Origin: an uncultured delta proteobacterium
Lineage (GTDB): Bacteria > Desulfobacterota > Binatia > UBA9968
Reading direction: 5' to 3'
Assembly (NCBI GenBank): GCA_963760795.1
Contig: CAVXEP010000001.1
Location: 32,001 to 96,000 of the forward strand
DNA length: 64,000 bases
The notes beneath the pieces were generated by a model. That model was not told where the DNA came from. It did not search any database and saw only the letters and a list, made by a program, of their open reading frames with translations. The position numbers and the translations under genes were made by a program. This document shows positions 60,105 through 64,000 of the stretch, piece by piece. Numbering within the stretch: the stretch's first letter is position 1; every line of letters starts with the position of its first letter.

Positions 60105-61062
60105 TTAATGCGGCAGTCCCGTGCCTTCCGGAACACCGAGCATGAGATTCAAATTCTGAATCGCCACGCCGGCGGCGCCCTTGCCGAGATTGTCCAGGCG
60201 CGCCATCAGAATGACGTGGCCGGACTGATGCGGCAGGACGCGCAGGGAAATGCGATTGGTGTCATTGAACTCTTGCGGATCGAAGCTCGTTTCGTCAGTC
60301 TCACTGGCGTCGGTGAGCGGTTCGACCTCAATGAAAGGTTCTTTGTCGTAACGCGCGGCCAATGCTTCCCACATCGCTTTGGCCGATCCGGCTTTCGGCG
60401 GTGAATTCGCCGGAAGCATAATTTGCACACGCATGCCGCAGCGAAACGGGCCCGACGTTGGGGAGAAACTGCGGTTCAACCTTCAACGCGCCGTAGCGCA
60501 TGATCTCCGGGATATGCTTGTGCAGCTTGCCGATGCTGTAGGGCGCCTCGTGGGGCAGATTGATTAATTTCTTTTTCGGATCTTCCCAGCGCTCGATCAA
60601 CGCGCGGCCGCCGCCCGAGTAACCCGACAGTGCGTGGATTGCCAGTGGTGTGTCATGCGCGATTAATTTCGCATCGACCAGCGGCCGGGTGAGCAAGATG
60701 ACAGCAGACGCATAGCAGCCCGGATTTGCCACCCGCTTTGCCTTGGCAATCCGCTGCCGCTGCCCGGCAGTCAATTCGGGCAAACCATAAACCCAGCTCG
60801 TCACTGACCCGGTGCGCCGTGCTGGCGTCGAGTATGCGCACCGGCGAGTCGGCAAGCCATGCCGCAGCTTCCTTCGCTGCGTCGTCGGGAAGGCAAAGGA
60901 GCACGATGGTCGCGTCTTGAGCGCGTTCTTTCGCGCCGCCGGGTCTTTGCGCAGCTCTTCAGGGAGTGTGATGACTTCGAGATCGTGACGGCCTGTGAGC
61001 CAGTCGCGAATGCGCAGCGCGGTGGTGCCCGCCTGGCCGTCGATGTAGATTTTGGCTGGCAT
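60105..61062 (-). CDS. argC: N-acetyl-gamma-glutamyl-phosphate reductase, type 2 (three frameshifts)
   Basis: IYIDGQAGTT, LCLPDDAA, DASTAHR, YGLPEL, ANPGCY, SGYSGGG, HKH.PE, LDNLGKGAAG.A.QN. Confidence 0.92.
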
Positions 61063-61183
61063 TTGAGAGTCCTTCTGAAGCTTGAGCTCAAATCTTAGCA
61101 GAATTTCATTAACTTGAAATGGCGCAGGCAACTGACATATACGGATACGGAAACGTAACCCGTGCGAGTTGCAAGGAGGCCCT

Positions 61184-62260
61184 ATGATAAGTCTGGTTCG
61201 AATCTCGGCCGTCGTCGTCGTTTTGGTCCTGGTGTCATGGTCTAAGGACAGCCGTGCCGCGGAGCGCTCCACCGAGCAGCTCTATGCCACCCTGGCGAAA
61301 CTCCCTGCCGACCAGCGCGAAAAACGCATTGAAGAGGGCGCGCGCAAAGAGGGCAAGCTCAATTTCGTCCACACCTGGCGCGGCAAGAACGCGCGAGATC
61401 ATGTCAAGCTGTTCGAGAAGCGCTATCCCTTCGTGAAAGTCGACATGGGCGACTTGGGTTCGCAAGACGCCGCCGAGCGTTTCATCGCCGAGGAAAGCGC
61501 CGGGCGCCATTTGACCGATATCCTGACGCTCGGCGTTCCCGACATGGCGATAATCCTCAAACATAATTTCGTCGCCAAGTTTCCCACGCCGGCGACCAAG
61601 AAAATTTTAAAGCAGTATCAAAACTTCATCGATCCGGCGGAACGCTGGATTCCCTGGTACTGGGCCGAGCATGGCATTTCTTACAACACCAATTTGATCA
61701 AGCCGGACAAAGCGCCCAAGACTTGGTTCGATCTGTGCAAGCCGGAGTTTAAAGGGCAAGTATCCTTCGATCCGTCGGAGACGCGGTTTCTCGCCGGGCT
61801 GCATGTCATGATGGGCGAGGAGAAAACCAAAGAGTGGCTCAAGTGCATGGGACAGAACCAAATCATTATCCAAACCGGCCACACCCAGCGCATGGAGTTG
61901 ATGCTCACCGGCGACCATGCGGTACAGGGCGACAATTATTTCTACACCGGCGTCGAAGCCAAGCGCAAAGATCCCAAGGCGCCTTTCGCGATGGTACTGA
62001 CGGCGCCGATCCTGTCGTTTGCCGGCGGCATGATCATCAACAAGAACGCTCTGAACCCGTACGCGTCCGCGCTCTTTGTCGACTGGACGCTTTCGACGGA
62101 TAGCCAAAACATGATCAACGAAATTTTGCGCGGCCCACTGACGATCAAGCACCCGTATCTGCCCGATAACGTCAAGCTGGTGACCTATAACGTCGTTAGC
62201 GACGATATTACCAAGCGTTTACATGACGCCTGGGGCCAGTACATCGGCCGCATGAAATAA
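61184..62260 (+). CDS. Extracellular solute-binding protein, Fe3+/thiamine (AfuA/FbpA-like) ABC type
   Basis: RBS AGGAGG; EGARKEGKL, FEKRYP, YNTNL, PKTW.DL, NPYASALFVDW.LS. Confidence 0.85.
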   Translation: MISLVRISAVVVVLVLVSWSKDSRAAERSTEQLYATLAKLPADQREKRIEEGARKEGKLNFVHTWRGKNARDHVKLFEKRYPFVKVDMGDLGSQDAAERFIAEESAGRHLTDILTLGVPDMAIILKHNFVAKFPTPATKKILKQYQNFIDPAERWIPWYWAEHGISYNTNLIKPDKAPKTWFDLCKPEFKGQVSFDPSETRFLAGLHVMMGEEKTKEWLKCMGQNQIIIQTGHTQRMELMLTGDHAVQGDNYFYTGVEAKRKDPKAPFAMVLTAPILSFAGGMIINKNALNPYASALFVDWTLSTDSQNMINEILRGPLTIKHPYLPDNVKLVTYNVVSDDITKRLHDAWGQYIGRMK

Positions 62261-62278
62261 CCTGCCTCATTTTCTATC

Positions 62279-64000
62279 ATGGCCGCCGTCGATTCACCGC
62301 GCTCGGGAGCCGGCTTCCGTCCGCCTTTGCTGAGCGCCGGCGGCATCGTGCTGCTTGGTCTCAGCGCTATTCTCGTCTACCAAGTTGCGGTTCCGCTGGG
62401 GCTAATCATTTGGACGAGCCTCAAAACCATTCGTCCCGGCGAGGCCGGCTTTTTGGATTTCAGTTTTACTTTGGCCAATTACAGCCGCGCCTACGGCATC
62501 GGCGAGTTTTGGCGGGCGAGTGTCAACACGCTTTACTTCGCTCTGGCCACAACTGTTCTGGCATTTATCTGGGGCACATTTCTCGCCTGGACTGTCGAGC
62601 GCACCAACACGCCGCTGGCGCGGCTGATCGGCCTGGTCACACTCGGCCGGATTATTATTCCAGGTGTGATCATCACGGTCTCGTGGATTTTGATGGCGAG
62701 CCCGAGCATTGGAATTTTGAATCACCTCATCGCTGCGCTGACCGGTGTAAGCAGATTCCTCAACATTTATTCATTCTGGGGCATGGTCTGGGTGCAGGCG
62801 CTGGAAATGACGCCGCTGGCTTATTTGTTAATGTCGGCGGCGCTGCAGTCCATCGACCCGCGGCTCGAGGAAGCATCGGCGATCGCCGGCGGCGGCACTT
62901 GGCCGACCTTTCGCCGGATCACTTTGCCGCTGGTCTTGCCGGCCGCGGCCGCGGCCGCTTTACTGTTGTTTATCCAAACCGTGGAGAGCTTCGAGGTGCC
63001 GCTATTGCTCGGCGGCCGCGCGCGCGTGTCGGTCTACACGACGGAAGTTTACTTCAACACCTCGCGCATGCCGACTGACTGGGGATTATCGAGCACCTAT
63101 TCGATGGTGTTGCTGCTGTTGGCGATGGTATTGCTCTTCGTCTATTTCAGACTGGTGCGCCACGGCGAGCGTTATCAGACCATCACCGGCAAGGACTACC
63201 GGCCGCGACGTGTTGATCTTGGTCGCTGGAAATATCCGGCTTGCGCGCTCAGCTTGCTGCTGATTTTTCTCATCACCGGGTTGCCGTTTCTCACGATGCT
63301 CTACGCGTCGTTCCTGCCGCGGTTTCAAGCGCCGACCGCCGAAGCCTTCCAGGCGATGACATGGATGAACTACGCCAACCTGCTCGCCGACGACGGCTAT
63401 GCCTTGAAACCACTATGGAACAGCACGCTGCTCGGCGTCGGTTCGGCGACCGCGGTGATGCTGCTGGTCGCCGGTATTAGCTATTTCGTGCATAAGACGC
63501 GTATCCGCGGACGGAAAATTCTCGACTTCCTTGGCTTTGCGCCGATCGCGCTGCCGAGCGTCGTGCTCGGCTCGGCGTTCATGTGGCTTTATCTGATCAT
63601 CCCGCTGCCGGTGATTGGCACGCTGAGCATTATTGGCTTGGCTTATCTGACGCGATATTTACCGTTCGCATTGCGCTTCGTCTCGACCGCCATGGTGCAA
63701 ATCCACGCCGAACTCGAAGAGGCGGCGGCGGTCGCCGGCGGCGGGTGGTGGAGAAATTTTTATCACATTTATTTGCCGCTGCTCCGTCCGGGACTCATGG
63801 CCGGATGGTTCTGGGTGATGGTGCACGCTTACCGCGAACTGACGATTTCACTCATGCTCGCGCGCTCGAATAATCGCACCGCCTCGGTGATCATCTTCGA
63901 CCTGTGGTCGAACGGTTCGTTTCAACAGTTGAGCGCCTTCGGCGTCGTCATGTTCACGCTGCTGATCGTGCTGGTGGCCATCGCGCAGAAGATTAGCAGG
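62279..64000 (+). CDS. Iron-type ABC transporter permease (FbpB-like), runs off window
   Basis: Open frame from ATG 62279; two EAA loops (IDPRLEEAS, IHAELEEAA), RY.TITGK linker. Confidence 0.9.
   Translation, partial: MAAVDSPRSGAGFRPPLLSAGGIVLLGLSAILVYQVAVPLGLIIWTSLKTIRPGEAGFLDFSFTLANYSRAYGIGEFWRASVNTLYFALATTVLAFIWGTFLAWTVERTNTPLARLIGLVTLGRIIIPGVIITVSWILMASPSIGILNHLIAALTGVSRFLNIYSFWGMVWVQALEMTPLAYLLMSAALQSIDPRLEEASAIAGGGTWPTFRRITLPLVLPAAAAAALLLFIQTVESFEVPLLLGGRARVSVYTTEVYFNTSRMPTDWGLSSTYSMVLLLLAMVLLFVYFRLVRHGERYQTITGKDYRPRRVDLGRWKYPACALSLLLIFLITGLPFLTMLYASFLPRFQAPTAEAFQAMTWMNYANLLADDGYALKPLWNSTLLGVGSATAVMLLVAGISYFVHKTRIRGRKILDFLGFAPIALPSVVLGSAFMWLYLIIPLPVIGTLSIIGLAYLTRYLPFALRFVSTAMVQIHAELEEAAAVAGGGWWRNFYHIYLPLLRPGLMAGWFWVMVHAYRELTISLMLARSNNRTASVIIFDLWSNGSFQQLSAFGVVMFTLLIVLVAIAQKISR

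Noticed and set aside
394-63873. Numerous long Arg/Ala-rich alternative-frame and antisense ORFs in the track
   Set aside because: Expected shadows of high-GC coding sequence; no motifs or RBS support

Overview
High-GC bacterial window. The gene-family profile (many SsuA/NMT1-type binding proteins, amidohydrolase-2, LLM, palindromic intergenic repeats) suggests a Candidatus Binatia-like deltaproteobacterial MAG; this is inference. 1-35 kb is a catabolic patchwork with 12 SsuA/NMT1-type binding proteins plus one ABC_sub_bind-type and no permease or ATPase. 35-41 kb holds a pcaDCHGBIJ protocatechuate/beta-ketoadipate operon, divergent from an FrnE/DsbA gene with an in-frame UGA in a U-P-W-C motif and a SECIS-like hairpin (probable selenoprotein, truncated by the ORF track). 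41-58.5 kb is a K+ homeostasis block: two KimA-like APC transporters, a USP, a TM+RSPP leader ORF with a structured RBS-sequestering leader before a cation:proton antiporter, and a sigma54-promoted kdp(G)FABC operon. That operon has a stand-alone KdpD N-terminal sensor, a KinB-like kinase, a REC-TPR protein and an AlgB-like enhancer-binding protein instead of KdpE. The window ends with an MFS, argC and an Fe3+-type ABC transporter. Also notable: a sigma54-promoted small protein with a classical C2H2 zinc-finger pattern, and about seven families of short palindromic intergenic elements. Many frameshifts are +1 insertions at wobble positions and look like two strain alleles written into one consensus, not real pseudogenes. 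No tRNA, rRNA, CRISPR, integrase or transposase was seen.
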